This document shows, piece by piece, positions 37,023-46,742 of a DNA stretch of 64,000 bases. A model generated the notes under the pieces. That model saw nothing but the letters and a program-made list of their open reading frames with translations. It was not told the DNA's origin and did no database searches. This stretch comes from Elsinoe ampelina (Eukaryota): the NCBI GenBank assembly GCA_010093995.1, contig ML992502.1:1233001-1297000 (forward strand), written 5' to 3'. The position numbers were made by a program, and so were the translations under genes. Within the stretch, counting starts at the first letter, position 1. The number at the start of each line of letters is the position of its first letter.

Positions 37023-37224
37023 AGGGACAGATTTCATAAGCTATTCGTTACCATGGCTGTGAATTACCGTAAGTAATGCTTATCGGTATCTCCTCGCTTC
37101 TACGCTATCAGTCCATTGAATCTTGCTTGGATTTCGACGGTACGGAAGGACTCCCAGCAATACGTTCCATGACCTTGTACCATTCCAGCGGCACTTGATC
37201 GCTTCTCTTGCCATTATTCGATGA

Positions 37225-37402
37225 TCACTGAGCGCCAGAATCCCCCGTGTATGCTTTTCCCATTCGCTGCTCCTCATGTCTCTTTCTAATGGCAGCATTG
37301 ATAGCATCAAGGACCGCTTTGACCTCAACCGTCGAGACACTCTTCCCATAGTGCTGTCTTGCCCAGGGACACGATTTTGACCTTATCCTTGTGTGACATG
37401 TC
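37225..37402 (-). pseudogene. Frameshifted 3' remnant of a duplicate of the 39300-40172 gene
   Basis: DMSHKDKVKIVSLGKTAL/YGKSVSTVEVKAVLDAINAAIRKR aligns with DMSQQEKTEIVSQTKTAL(LDSMERR)HGKGISMVEVKAVVDAINAALRKR. A ~23-nt deletion shifts the frame. Confidence 0.8.
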
Positions 37403-38743
37403 CTATCGTGCGGTGGGCGACCTGCGTGGACCGAAAACATCGATATGGATCTTGCCACGAATTGCGACACCCATTGCCTCGGCGTGCTGCTGTATATTGG
37501 TGAGCACCCACTGCCTTGCACCTCCATTCAAGGCGGACATGACAAAGTCGTCGCGGGTCATTGTGCGCTGGATATCCTGTCTGGGGATCGCAGTAAGGGC
37601 GTCAGTGCGACGGTGACACGTATGTCCCTCGATGCCGTCGCCGTTGAGCAGCCAGGCCAAGTTGGCAGGGATGATCTTCATGCCCCGGCATGTCCACACG
37701 AATTCTTTCCAGTCATTGCCGAAGTAAAGTCCATGCATATTCAGAGTGTCGATGAACGCTTGGGGGACTTGGATCTTGATCAACCATGTCTCTGAATCAG
37801 TTGCACGATCGGCGGCGTAGTCGCGGTATTTCTCTGCTACATCCTTCTGTGGTGTCCAGTAAAGCGCCAATGCCAGACTGTTGAAGTCGCCTCCAGCTGC
37901 ACTGAGGAGTGCATTCATGTTCACTGTGCCGTCCTCTCTGATGAAGTCATTATCTAGCATTTCAGAGACGGCCTTGCCATTGTAAAGAATACGGTGACCG
38001 GGCAGATCTTGTCCTGCCTGGGTAACTTCTACGCAAGCGGCTGGCAAGAACTGTGTGCCTGAGCTGATCGTCGCCGTGATGGCTCCGCCGACTGCTGGTC
38101 GTCCTGCAGGACCTGGTATGGGATCGTATGCAGCTCCTGGAGTACGACGCACTCGGGTCCTGTTGCGCCTCTCCCGCGCGGCACCTGCACGGAGACGACG
38201 TCGTAGTAGTTGCATAGAGCGAAACCTGAGCTTCAACGTGTCCTGTGTCCAGAAAAGAAGACCGCGAGTCCCAAAAATGTCGTCGAACCTGGGGTTGAGA
38301 ACAGCGTCGCGGAACTCCGGACGCAGACCCATGCGACGGAGAGCTTCACTGCGAGACATGTTTGACATGGTTCTGAGCTGGGCGACATGAGAAACAGCGT
38401 AGTCGAGCAAGCTGTCGCGATTGCCTGCTTGGTGGCGATCAGAGAAGCGTGTGAATATATCTGCGGCAGTCCTTTGCGTGAAACCCATGTACTCGAGAGC
38501 ATCAATCGATTCATCGGAGGATGGTAAGGTGATGTAAGTGTCGGGAGAGAGAGGCGGGGTGATAATCGACACAGTTGCTGATGCTGACGAGGATGAGCTG
38601 CTCGAGCCGCTACGACTGCTCTCTGGACTGAGAAAAGCAGCTGAGACTTTCCTCTTGGTCCCGGTGATAGGACCTAGCAGGATTCCGGCATTCTCGAGCT
38701 CTTGTTCATCGTCAACAGACAAGGTGCTTAGATTTGCCGACAT
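37403..38743 (-). CDS. Intronless hypothetical protein with a helical N-domain and a C-terminal DUF3990-like / ADP-ribosyltransferase-fold candidate domain
   Basis: ~446-codon ORF from the first ATG. Motif order LYNG..GGDF..ALYWT..VAEKY..LIKIQVP..WKEFVWTCR..DGIEGH..RQWVL. TATATAAA lies on the minus strand at 39063-39070. Confidence 0.7.
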   Translation of the reverse strand: MSANLSTLSVDDEQELENAGILLGPITGTKRKVSAAFLSPESSRSGSSSSSSSASATVSIITPPLSPDTYITLPSSDESIDALEYMGFTQRTAADIFTRFSDRHQAGNRDSLLDYAVSHVAQLRTMSNMSRSEALRRMGLRPEFRDAVLNPRFDDIFGTRGLLFWTQDTLKLRFRSMQLLRRRLRAGAARERRNRTRVRRTPGAAYDPIPGPAGRPAVGGAITATISSGTQFLPAACVEVTQAGQDLPGHRILYNGKAVSEMLDNDFIREDGTVNMNALLSAAGGDFNSLALALYWTPQKDVAEKYRDYAADRATDSETWLIKIQVPQAFIDTLNMHGLYFGNDWKEFVWTCRGMKIIPANLAWLLNGDGIEGHTCHRRTDALTAIPRQDIQRTMTRDDFVMSALNGGARQWVLTNIQQHAEAMGVAIRGKIHIDVFGPRRSPTAR

Positions 38744-39129
38744 GGCTGAGATGAGGTTCACAACAGCAGTGGGGGTTGTTGAAGTTGAGTCGAGTGAAGT
38801 TGATGTGAGCGAAGGTAATGGGCGTAAAGGCGATCTGAGTAGGTGATGTGAGTGAGAGGAATTTCAGTGAAATTGTCTTCAGTCGTCAGAAGATCATTTC
38901 ATGAAGGGTCAGGCGGTTGAAGGATATACCGGATTAAGGATGTTGAGATGGCTTATGCTGAGAGCTGCGACGAAGGATGAAATACGGATGCTTTAACTCG
39001 ATGCGAAAGGCGTGTTGATGTGAGATGTGTAAGGAAAGAAGAAAGACGGCAAGGTGAGAAGCTTTATATACGGAAGCGGAATCGTGGGGAAGAAGTTATG
39101 AATCCTCTAACAAGCAATGAGTGAAGCTT

Positions 39130-39275
39130 AGCATGTGACCTGGGGTCAATGAATTGCATGTGAAACAGACGCAACTAGGTTTGCATGTTGTTAACTCTCA
39201 AAGCTCACCTTCTCACGATATCTGCCGGCAAACTTTCAGAAAACAATCACATAGCATGTGTGCAACTCACGTAAG
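39130..39275. repeat. Diverged direct repeat of 40283-40431 (non-coding part of a tandem duplication)
   Basis: Collinear shared blocks CATGTGA, TGCATGTGAAAC, CAACTAG, ACCTTC, TCTGCC(G/A)GCAAACTT, TGC(A/G)ACTCAC(G/A)TAA. Confidence 0.75.
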
Positions 39276-39299
39276 TATCTCTCCGCAACATTTCTGGGA

Positions 39300-40172
39300 T
39301 CATCCTCTGATGCATCGCATGGCATTCTCTTCGAAGATTTCGAATGCCTCCGTTCCACTGCCATCATGATCCTGTCTCTTATCCCAATTCAAAAACTCCA
39401 ATCCTTGGTCTGGAATTGGAGCTCGCTCCTGCAAATCCTGGCGCCCCAGATCCTGGCGCCTCACCCACCTGGTAGTTTTCCCCTTCTTCTGCTCCCAATC
39501 TCTCTTTCTGAGGGCGGCATTAATGGCATCCACAACCGCTTTGACCTCAACCATCGAGATACCCTTCCCGTGCCTGCGCTCCATGGAGTCCAGCAGTGCT
39601 GTCTTTGTTTGGGACACGATTTCGGTCTTTTCTTGTTGAGACATGTCCTCATACAGAATCTGGCCAACGGAGTTCAAGTGGAGAAGAACCTTGCCGCTGG
39701 ATGTTCTCATGAGCTGGAAAGAGGTGTAGGGGATGTGCAGACCGATATTCGGGAACTGGAACAAGTCGACGGCAGGGGTGGACAAGAGTTTGTTGAAATT
39801 GTCCGTCATTGTCGCCAAGATGCGAGGAGAACCGGCGGACCACCCATTCTGGGCACAGTACCGCAGGACCACTGAGCAGCTTTTGCGAGTGTGAAAGAAC
39901 AGACTGACAACCTCTGTGCATGTCCTCATGCTGCAGCGTGTCAACGGACTAGGATCGTAGGTACCGAGGTCGATGCATTGCCTATTGATGCTTCTGGTAG
40001 TTCTTCTACCGTCGATCATCGTACGAGGAGGGGAACCGAAGTCGGCGAACTCGTAGATCATAGAGCGTACTTCCAGGGGCAAGTCGAAGAATGATATGTT
40101 CTGCTTGGCAAGAAGCACTCCGCCTGCAGTGTCCGGTCCAGGATGAGGTGGCATGTTGCGCGGTGCAGCCAT
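39300..40172 (-). CDS. Lineage-specific protein with an N-terminal F-box-like motif
   Basis: SFFDLPLEVRSMIYEFA is the common fungal F-box-like/2EXR-type motif; ~290-codon ORF from ATG 40172. Confidence 0.65.
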   Translation of the reverse strand: MAAPRNMPPHPGPDTAGGVLLAKQNISFFDLPLEVRSMIYEFADFGSPPRTMIDGRRTTRSINRQCIDLGTYDPSPLTRCSMRTCTEVVSLFFHTRKSCSVVLRYCAQNGWSAGSPRILATMTDNFNKLLSTPAVDLFQFPNIGLHIPYTSFQLMRTSSGKVLLHLNSVGQILYEDMSQQEKTEIVSQTKTALLDSMERRHGKGISMVEVKAVVDAINAALRKRDWEQKKGKTTRWVRRQDLGRQDLQERAPIPDQGLEFLNWDKRQDHDGSGTEAFEIFEENAMRCIRG

Positions 40173-40483
40173 AGAGTGGCACGATGCGCTACAGTGATCC
40201 GAGTGAGAACGTCTGTCGTGGAGAAGAAAAAGTAGGATAGGAGAAGTAAAAGAAAAATATTGAAAATTACCGTTGACTTTAAACATGTGATCCGTGACGA
40301 TTGCCTGCATGTGAAACTACCACAACTAGTTGTGCACCCTCATGAAGTCTCACATCCAAGGCAACCTTCACATTGTTTCTGCCAGCAAACTTCAAACATA
40401 GGGCAGTAAAAAGAATATGCGACTCACATAAAACCTGTACTGCGAAAGCATTCTCTTCCAGGCCATACATCCTCGCACACAAC

Positions 40484-41377
40484 ATGAATATCCCCACCAT
40501 CGACATCCTCTGGTTCACAGCGCCACCCAACCTTGACAACATCCTCCTCAGATCAAACGCATGGATCGAAAGTTACCCGGGCGAACCCGTTGAAGTACAA
40601 TCCATCAACGTCGACAGCATCGGCATACTCCCCCTCGCAATCACAGTCAGAGTCAAAGTCCAGGGAGATCTCTTCAACCACCACGAAGTAGATGTGGAAG
40701 TCAACAACGTAGCTCGAAAGCAGAAGTGGAAGCCTGGCCTGGACTGGTACCGTCATGTCTTCGGCGTGCCTGATTTAGTCATCATGCAGAACGACTTCCG
40801 GAAGAAGCTGGCCGAGGAGATCCATGCTTTGGTGATGGAGCGGGAGGGGAGGGGCATCTCAATGATAGAGTTGGAGTTGATCGTCGCCTCGGTCTACAAT
40901 TTTGTGAGTGACATGGACGAGTACGCGCACCAAGTCCGGCAGCAGGCCAAAGAGGATTTCAAGAATCGCTGTCCTTTTGGACGTAGGCAGTACCTCAGAA
41001 GAGAAGATGTCATCAAGGATACCGGAGTCGAGCCTGGAGCAGCAGAGGCTACCCGAGAATGCATCACCCTCGACGCTGAGCAGGAAGAGGAGCAAGACGA
41101 AGCCGATCAGTACGAGGACATGCCAGAGTTAGTGGACGCCGGCGACGCCGTGTACCGAGACGAAGACAACCAGAAGACGAGGGCAAGCATCTGGAAAGCC
41201 ATCGAGCAAGAATCTGGGGGACGCCTCGACAACGTGGTGACTGCTGAGGAGGCGAAGAGGATTGGCCAGAAGCAATGGGATGAGAGCTTCAATGAGTTCG
41301 TCAATTTGGAATTTGGCGCGACCATCACCAGTGCTGGAGAGACGGACGTGGTGGATCTGAGCGGGATGCAACACTAG
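40484..41377 (+). CDS. Hypothetical protein, distant paralog of the 39300-40172 gene, acidic C-terminus
   Basis: MEREGRGISMIELELIVASV versus MERRHGKGISMVEVKAVVDA; ~297-codon ORF. Confidence 0.6.
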   Translation: MNIPTIDILWFTAPPNLDNILLRSNAWIESYPGEPVEVQSINVDSIGILPLAITVRVKVQGDLFNHHEVDVEVNNVARKQKWKPGLDWYRHVFGVPDLVIMQNDFRKKLAEEIHALVMEREGRGISMIELELIVASVYNFVSDMDEYAHQVRQQAKEDFKNRCPFGRRQYLRREDVIKDTGVEPGAAEATRECITLDAEQEEEQDEADQYEDMPELVDAGDAVYRDEDNQKTRASIWKAIEQESGGRLDNVVTAEEAKRIGQKQWDESFNEFVNLEFGATITSAGETDVVDLSGMQH

Positions 41378-41750
41378 CGGTGAGGAAAGAGTTCTGCTCG
41401 AGATGTCCAAGTTTCGTCCGTGGTTTAGATGATCAACTTTGAGCGTCTACAGAATGAGTTGAAACATAGACTGGTTACGTAAGCAAGCACATTTCCATCA
41501 CTCCCTCTGTTACTCTCACTCCGCCCCACCCATCCTCCTGGTAGAGATTCCGCCGCGTCGTACTCACGAGCTAAGATGAGTCAAGTTTATGCTAGATCGG
41601 GACCCTCTTATGCAGGTTGGATGTGAGTGTGGACAAGAATTGTGCTGTCCGAAAAAGCAATTTGTATTCGCCGCATCAGCATACCGCAAAGCAAGGGTAT
41701 CTCCCCTCTCCCAACGCCATACACGCCATTCACGCCATTCACGCCTGTCA

Positions 41751-44282
41751 CTAATCTACAATATCATCATCACTGAGCACCAGTCCCTTGACATCATCCT
41801 CGACCCCGCCGCCCAAGAACGCAGCATCATTGCCTCCCTTCCCAGTCCTCGTCCTTCTCTCCCTCCTCAATCCCAACCCCTCATCTTCCTGCTCCTCATC
41901 CTCGTCCCCATCACCTCCAATCCCGCCCAGCCCTGTCCCACCCAGCGTCTCAAACCTTGTCACCCTCCTCACCCTCTCCCTCAACGACCCAATCGTCTTT
42001 CGCCCCTCATGCACCATCCGCAAATACGGCGCCATCTCAAGCAATACCTCTGCCTTTCCCCTCGCGCTCGGCAGTGAATACCCACCTTCTCCAGCCTCGG
42101 CCCCATCCGCGTCCCCTTCTCCAGTTCCTTGGCTATCTTTCCCACCATCCTTCCCCTGACCCTGGAGCACTTTCCGATACTCCTCCCCCACCAACTCCAC
42201 CAAATCCTCCACCTCCTCCCTCCCCCTCCAAACCCTCAAACTCCGCGGCCAAGCCATCACATTCCCGCCCCTCGCACCCTGCTCCCTCTCCCTCTTCACC
42301 GGATAAGGCAACCAGAACACACATCCCCTGACCGCAGTGTGGAAGACGATTTCCTCCTGCCGCAACCCTTCCGCCGCGGTACCTGTGCCGTAGCCCCCTC
42401 CCCCGCCGGAGGCGGAGAAGCGGTCGATGCTCAACGTGTCGGCGTCGGAGAGGACCGAGAGGCATTCGTCTAGCGAGGCGAGGGTGTTTTCGCTGGTGGT
42501 CGAGGTGCAGGAGAGGGGGAGGTTTTCGTGGACCGAGGCGACGAAGGTGGAGATGTCGGTGCCGAGTTCGAGGAGGAGGGTGGAAGGGTCGTTTTCCGGG
42601 ATCTTGGGGCGGGTAAGGTGAGAGAGGTGGGGTGGGGCAATTGCGGATGAGGGGCTGGATTGGGAGGCCGAGATCAGGGTAGAGAAATCTGACTTCGATG
42701 TGCCGTTTGATGGGCGAGGGTGAGCGGCTCCGTTGAGAGCTAGCGTGGTGTCCCGGGGGCGGTCGATTCGCTTGTTGTATACTACCTTGCCTACTGCATG
42801 CCATAAGCCAAGTGCGCCTTCTCTACCGCCGACCAGCTTCAACGCCTCCCTCTCTTTCTCGGTCAAGGAGTCACTCCCAGTTGAGGTCTTCGCTGATGCT
42901 TTAGCTTTCCCGAAGGTGACTTTTGCACTCCAGTCACCGTCCGAGTCGCCCTTGAGGCAAAGGAACTCCAGCGCGGAAACAGCAGAGCGTATGTCTCCCA
43001 TTTCTGCGAGACGTGACAAGACTGCCGGACCTGGCGTTCGTCGCCGCCCAGATACGCGAGACTCTTTGGTAGCGATCATGCTCAAGGCCCTGGTAAGCAA
43101 AGTAGGAGCTATGGGATTGAACTCGACAACAGCAGTGAGAGGATGAGACAGCAGCGTCGGCCCGAGAAGTCGATGTGGTGTAAGTGTATCCGGCGATGCT
43201 GTTGACGAAGACAGAAGGGTCTCCGAGAGGACAAGGACGATCGGAGCATGCGGCGATGCGGATCGATTTGGCAGAGAGAGATAAGCTTGGATCGTCGTGC
43301 GGAAAGCTTGCAAGATGGGTGACGAGCGTGTCATGGACACCGGGAACTCTTCGATCAGAAGAATGTGCTGCCGATGGGGCGAGTCTGTTTCAGCAGCAGT
43401 AGTCGCAGGAATGCTCATGGGTATCGCAGAATCACTTGTCAGATCCAGGCCTGAGAACTTGCTGCTACGAAGCACAAAGTCCTCGAATTGAGCGGAAGTA
43501 GATATGAATGACTCCGAGCCAATGTCGACGTTGACAGGGTTTCGCCACTCCTTGATGTTTATATCTATCGACTTTGCCAGGAGCTGGACAGTAGTGGTCT
43601 TGCCCGTTCCTGCCGGGCCCTTCAGCACGATCAACCGTGGTCGTCCGCGAGGAGACAAGGATTCCTCCAGTAGCGCGCGCACATCCTTGACCTTCTTGTT
43701 GTGTACAGCCAGTTCTTCCAGGTTTGCAGGGCCGAACTTCTCCATCCATGGTCGTCGATCAGACTCTTTCTCTGTTGCGGTGACCTTGGCTCCTCCGGAT
43801 GTCTTCCTGAACTTTTGCGAGCCCGCAACTGATCCGTAAGCTTTGGGATCGAACAGATGAGCAGTGTCGTCCTGCTTCCTCTTCCGCGCTGCCAAAGCTG
43901 TGCGAGAGCCATTGATGAAGCTGACATCTCCGTCACCGTCTTCGATGGTGTCCAGCAGATCTTCCGATTTGGTCTGGCTATGCTTCGGCGGAGTGCTGGG
44001 CTGGGACGCGCTCTGCTGCTTCTGTGTCGCGGCATTGAAGAAGGAAAAGATTGTGCCCTTGCTCTTTGCTGTGTCTGTCCCAGCCGTGGTTTTCTGCTTC
44101 TTCTTCTGCGGCGATGACTTGACTGAGCCTGTCTTCTTCCCATTCTTGCTCGTGTCCTTGAGTGCCTTGAGGGGTGACTCGGGTTTGGCGCTTGGAGCGA
44201 ACTCTTCGTCGCTCAAGATGTCTTCTGGATCTTCGTCGTCTGATATGACGACAGTCTTTCGACTGCCGCGAGCCGGCGCCAT
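41751..44282 (-). CDS. RAD17: Checkpoint clamp loader Rad17 (S. cerevisiae Rad24)
   Basis: PWMEKFGPANLEELAVHNKKV, Walker A GPAGTGKTT, LIEEFP, FNPIAPT, GDIRSA, LWHAVGKVVYNKR. Confidence 0.92.
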   Translation of the reverse strand: MAPARGSRKTVVISDDEDPEDILSDEEFAPSAKPESPLKALKDTSKNGKKTGSVKSSPQKKKQKTTAGTDTAKSKGTIFSFFNAATQKQQSASQPSTPPKHSQTKSEDLLDTIEDGDGDVSFINGSRTALAARKRKQDDTAHLFDPKAYGSVAGSQKFRKTSGGAKVTATEKESDRRPWMEKFGPANLEELAVHNKKVKDVRALLEESLSPRGRPRLIVLKGPAGTGKTTTVQLLAKSIDINIKEWRNPVNVDIGSESFISTSAQFEDFVLRSSKFSGLDLTSDSAIPMSIPATTAAETDSPHRQHILLIEEFPVSMTRSSPILQAFRTTIQAYLSLPNRSASPHAPIVLVLSETLLSSSTASPDTLTPHRLLGPTLLSHPLTAVVEFNPIAPTLLTRALSMIATKESRVSGRRRTPGPAVLSRLAEMGDIRSAVSALEFLCLKGDSDGDWSAKVTFGKAKASAKTSTGSDSLTEKEREALKLVGGREGALGLWHAVGKVVYNKRIDRPRDTTLALNGAAHPRPSNGTSKSDFSTLISASQSSPSSAIAPPHLSHLTRPKIPENDPSTLLLELGTDISTFVASVHENLPLSCTSTTSENTLASLDECLSVLSDADTLSIDRFSASGGGGGYGTGTAAEGLRQEEIVFHTAVRGCVFWLPYPVKREREQGARGGNVMAWPRSLRVWRGREEVEDLVELVGEEYRKVLQGQGKDGGKDSQGTGEGDADGAEAGEGGYSLPSARGKAEVLLEMAPYLRMVHEGRKTIGSLRERVRRVTRFETLGGTGLGGIGGDGDEDEEQEDEGLGLRRERRTRTGKGGNDAAFLGGGVEDDVKGLVLSDDDIVD

Positions 44283-44585
44283 GATGTCCAGATATGCGGG
44301 AGATCATTTGGGCATCCGAGCTTGCAGGATCAAGCAACGCGGTACCGGAAGTGGGGTGTACTGGAAAGCGTGAGGGAGGACCATGAGCTTGAAGTTCAAT
44401 CACCCTTCCCAATTAGGCAATATCTCATCCTCAATCTATATGCAACACCACGATCGTGTTTTGTGTCAGTTTTGTTCAAATGGAGATGGTGATGGCCGTA
44501 CTATTATAATCGAAGAGGTATGTAACGGACGCCAAACTAAATACAATCATCCCATATCCCATCCTCCTTCCTACTCCACCCCCTC

Positions 44586-45340
44586 TTACTTCAATAAACT
44601 CCTAACCGCACTCTCCATCCAAACCTTGGTATACCACCTATGCAAAATCTCCACATGCTTCGGCATCGGCGACCCCTCCTTCTTCGCATCCGCATTAAAG
44701 AAAACACTCTTGAGCTGAAACTCTACCTCCCCATTCTCCTTGTCCGGAATCGCCACCATCTCGAACAACCCATCGCTCGCACGGGGTTCTTGCACCCGCG
44801 GGCTGTCGCCGCAGCGGACGATGACTGATTCTGGCGTCTTGCTGAGGACTTCGAAGTGGTCTGTGATGTAGGTGCCTACTTCATAGGTGGAGGCGGCGAG
44901 GTCTTTGGTGTCCCAGAGTTGGGTCGGGGTTTGGTCGCGGTATTTGCGTTCTAGGTAGCGGCGTTGGTAGGCGTAGCCTGGACATGGTCAGTACGGGGCT
45001 TTGGGGGTCGTTGGTGTGATTCTGGGAGGTATTGATGGTGTTGATATAGCAGGTACGTACCCCATGTGCTCCAGACACCGGCGCAGAACTTTTCAGCTAG
45101 CTTTCCATTGGGTTCGAGGTATTCCGGCTTGATACTTGATATGGGTACTTTGCGAATGCAGATGTCTTGCATGGTCTGATTCTCATGTACATTTAGGCGG
45201 GAGTAGAGTGTGGTGTTTGGCAGATAATCGCTTGTCGGCAGCGGCATTATCTTCGATTTGCGGGTATACCAGGCCAGCGTGCCCGCACCAGCTAGTGTGC
45301 CCCATCCCGTCAGAGCAAATGCCTTTTTAATTATGCCCAT
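44586..45340 (-). CDS. Conserved fungal hypothetical protein; intron 44978-45060
   Basis: Splicing gives a continuous ORF FCAGVWSTWG|YAYQRRYLE..TDHFEVL..RCGDSPR..SDGLFE..LKSVFF..HRWYTKVWMESAV; hydrophobic N-terminus. Confidence 0.75.
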
Positions 45341-45980
45341 TGCTAAGTGTCGTTGTGCTCGTTGCTATGCGCAGGGTGATGTGCTCTGTTGAACTAAACA
45401 GGGAACTGGGATGTCGGCAATTGAAATTAGGGTGGCTTTCATGAAAAGCCGGGGCATGCATACCCCGGTGGGGTTTAACCATCGGCCAATGCTTCGGGCC
45501 AGGATACAGCGGAGGGTGCACATGATTTCACCTGCGCGATTCACGGGGCAAGTGGGAGATATTCTCTGGATCTTGAATATGGTACATTGGGCATGCTATA
45601 CGCTGTTGTATAAATACTCTAAAAGAAGCGTGAGCGTTTCCGACTCTTGTAGACCTAGAGACCAAGCAGTATATCTCTCTTGCAACCATGTACCCCAACA
45701 CCTGTGCCAAAGAAAAAGGTCGGAGCGGGCATAGAAAGCGTGCCGTAAAACAGAGGCCCAAGTGTGAAGCTGGAAAATTGTGCGATGCGTGATGTATCGT
45801 GGTGTCATAAGGTCGTAAAGTCGGATGTCATCGTGCTGGAGCATGTGAGTGTCTGGTGTTCGAATGCTTCTGGGGCTGTGTGGTGATATTGTGTGCTGTG
45901 GCTCGTATATATTGCTGTCGATATGTGACAGCATCTGTGATGCCGATGAGGGGGGTTTCATGGTAGTGGGAGCCGCGATT

Positions 45981-46742
45981 CTATGCCGTCTCTGCGATTT
46001 GATCAAGTGGCTGATCAACCTTGATGGCCGGCAACGAGAGCGATCTAGTCGGGGTTGGCAAGGTCGCCAAGCAGTATTCTGATTCGGGACCAAGCTTGAG
46101 AGGACTGGTCGTGAACCAATTGGGCTGATCGAAGAGAGCTCCGATACCTTCCAGAACAGCACTGCTGTTGCTGCGGAAAGGGTGGCCAGGGCTGTTGCTG
46201 GACTGCCTCGATGAAGTGAAACTGCGGTACATGGAGTTTTCCATGCTGCTAAGAGGGCTACGAGAGTTGGTCTCCACGATCATAGATTCTTGCATGCCAG
46301 GGTACTCGTACATGTCGTCATGTTGGCTGTATGGTGCAGTCGAGACGAAAGAAGCTTCCATGCTAGGAGACTGACTGGTCTGGCGAAGATGCTCGATCTC
46401 GATGATGTACTGCAACAAGTCCACCCACGCACCTTCGTCTCGAATGATATGCGAAGGAAGGGCTTGTGGGTATCGAAGGAATGGTCGGATATGCCTTGCT
46501 TGAGCCTCGAGGGTTTGGAGACCCGGTGTAGGGTTCCTGTCAGGTTGATTGATGTCCTCGGTCTCCTCGGACATGATGGAGTCAGTGTCGGTATCAACCA
46601 AGGTCATGTCCGTGTCCATATCGACCAGATCTTGCTGGATCCTCTGACAGGAGCATGGGCAGATGCAAGCTGAGCAATGGCAAGTGCCTTGACAAAGATG
46701 TCCAGGGCTGTCATCCGAACCTTGTCTGCTGTGACGCGGCAT
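45981..46742 (-). CDS. Orphan protein with an N-terminal Cys/His cluster
   Basis: ~253-codon ORF from ATG MPRHSRQ; contains HLCQGTCHCSACICPCSC; the rest is Ser-rich and low complexity. Confidence 0.4.
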   Translation of the reverse strand: MPRHSRQGSDDSPGHLCQGTCHCSACICPCSCQRIQQDLVDMDTDMTLVDTDTDSIMSEETEDINQPDRNPTPGLQTLEAQARHIRPFLRYPQALPSHIIRDEGAWVDLLQYIIEIEHLRQTSQSPSMEASFVSTAPYSQHDDMYEYPGMQESMIVETNSRSPLSSMENSMYRSFTSSRQSSNSPGHPFRSNSSAVLEGIGALFDQPNWFTTSPLKLGPESEYCLATLPTPTRSLSLPAIKVDQPLDQIAETA

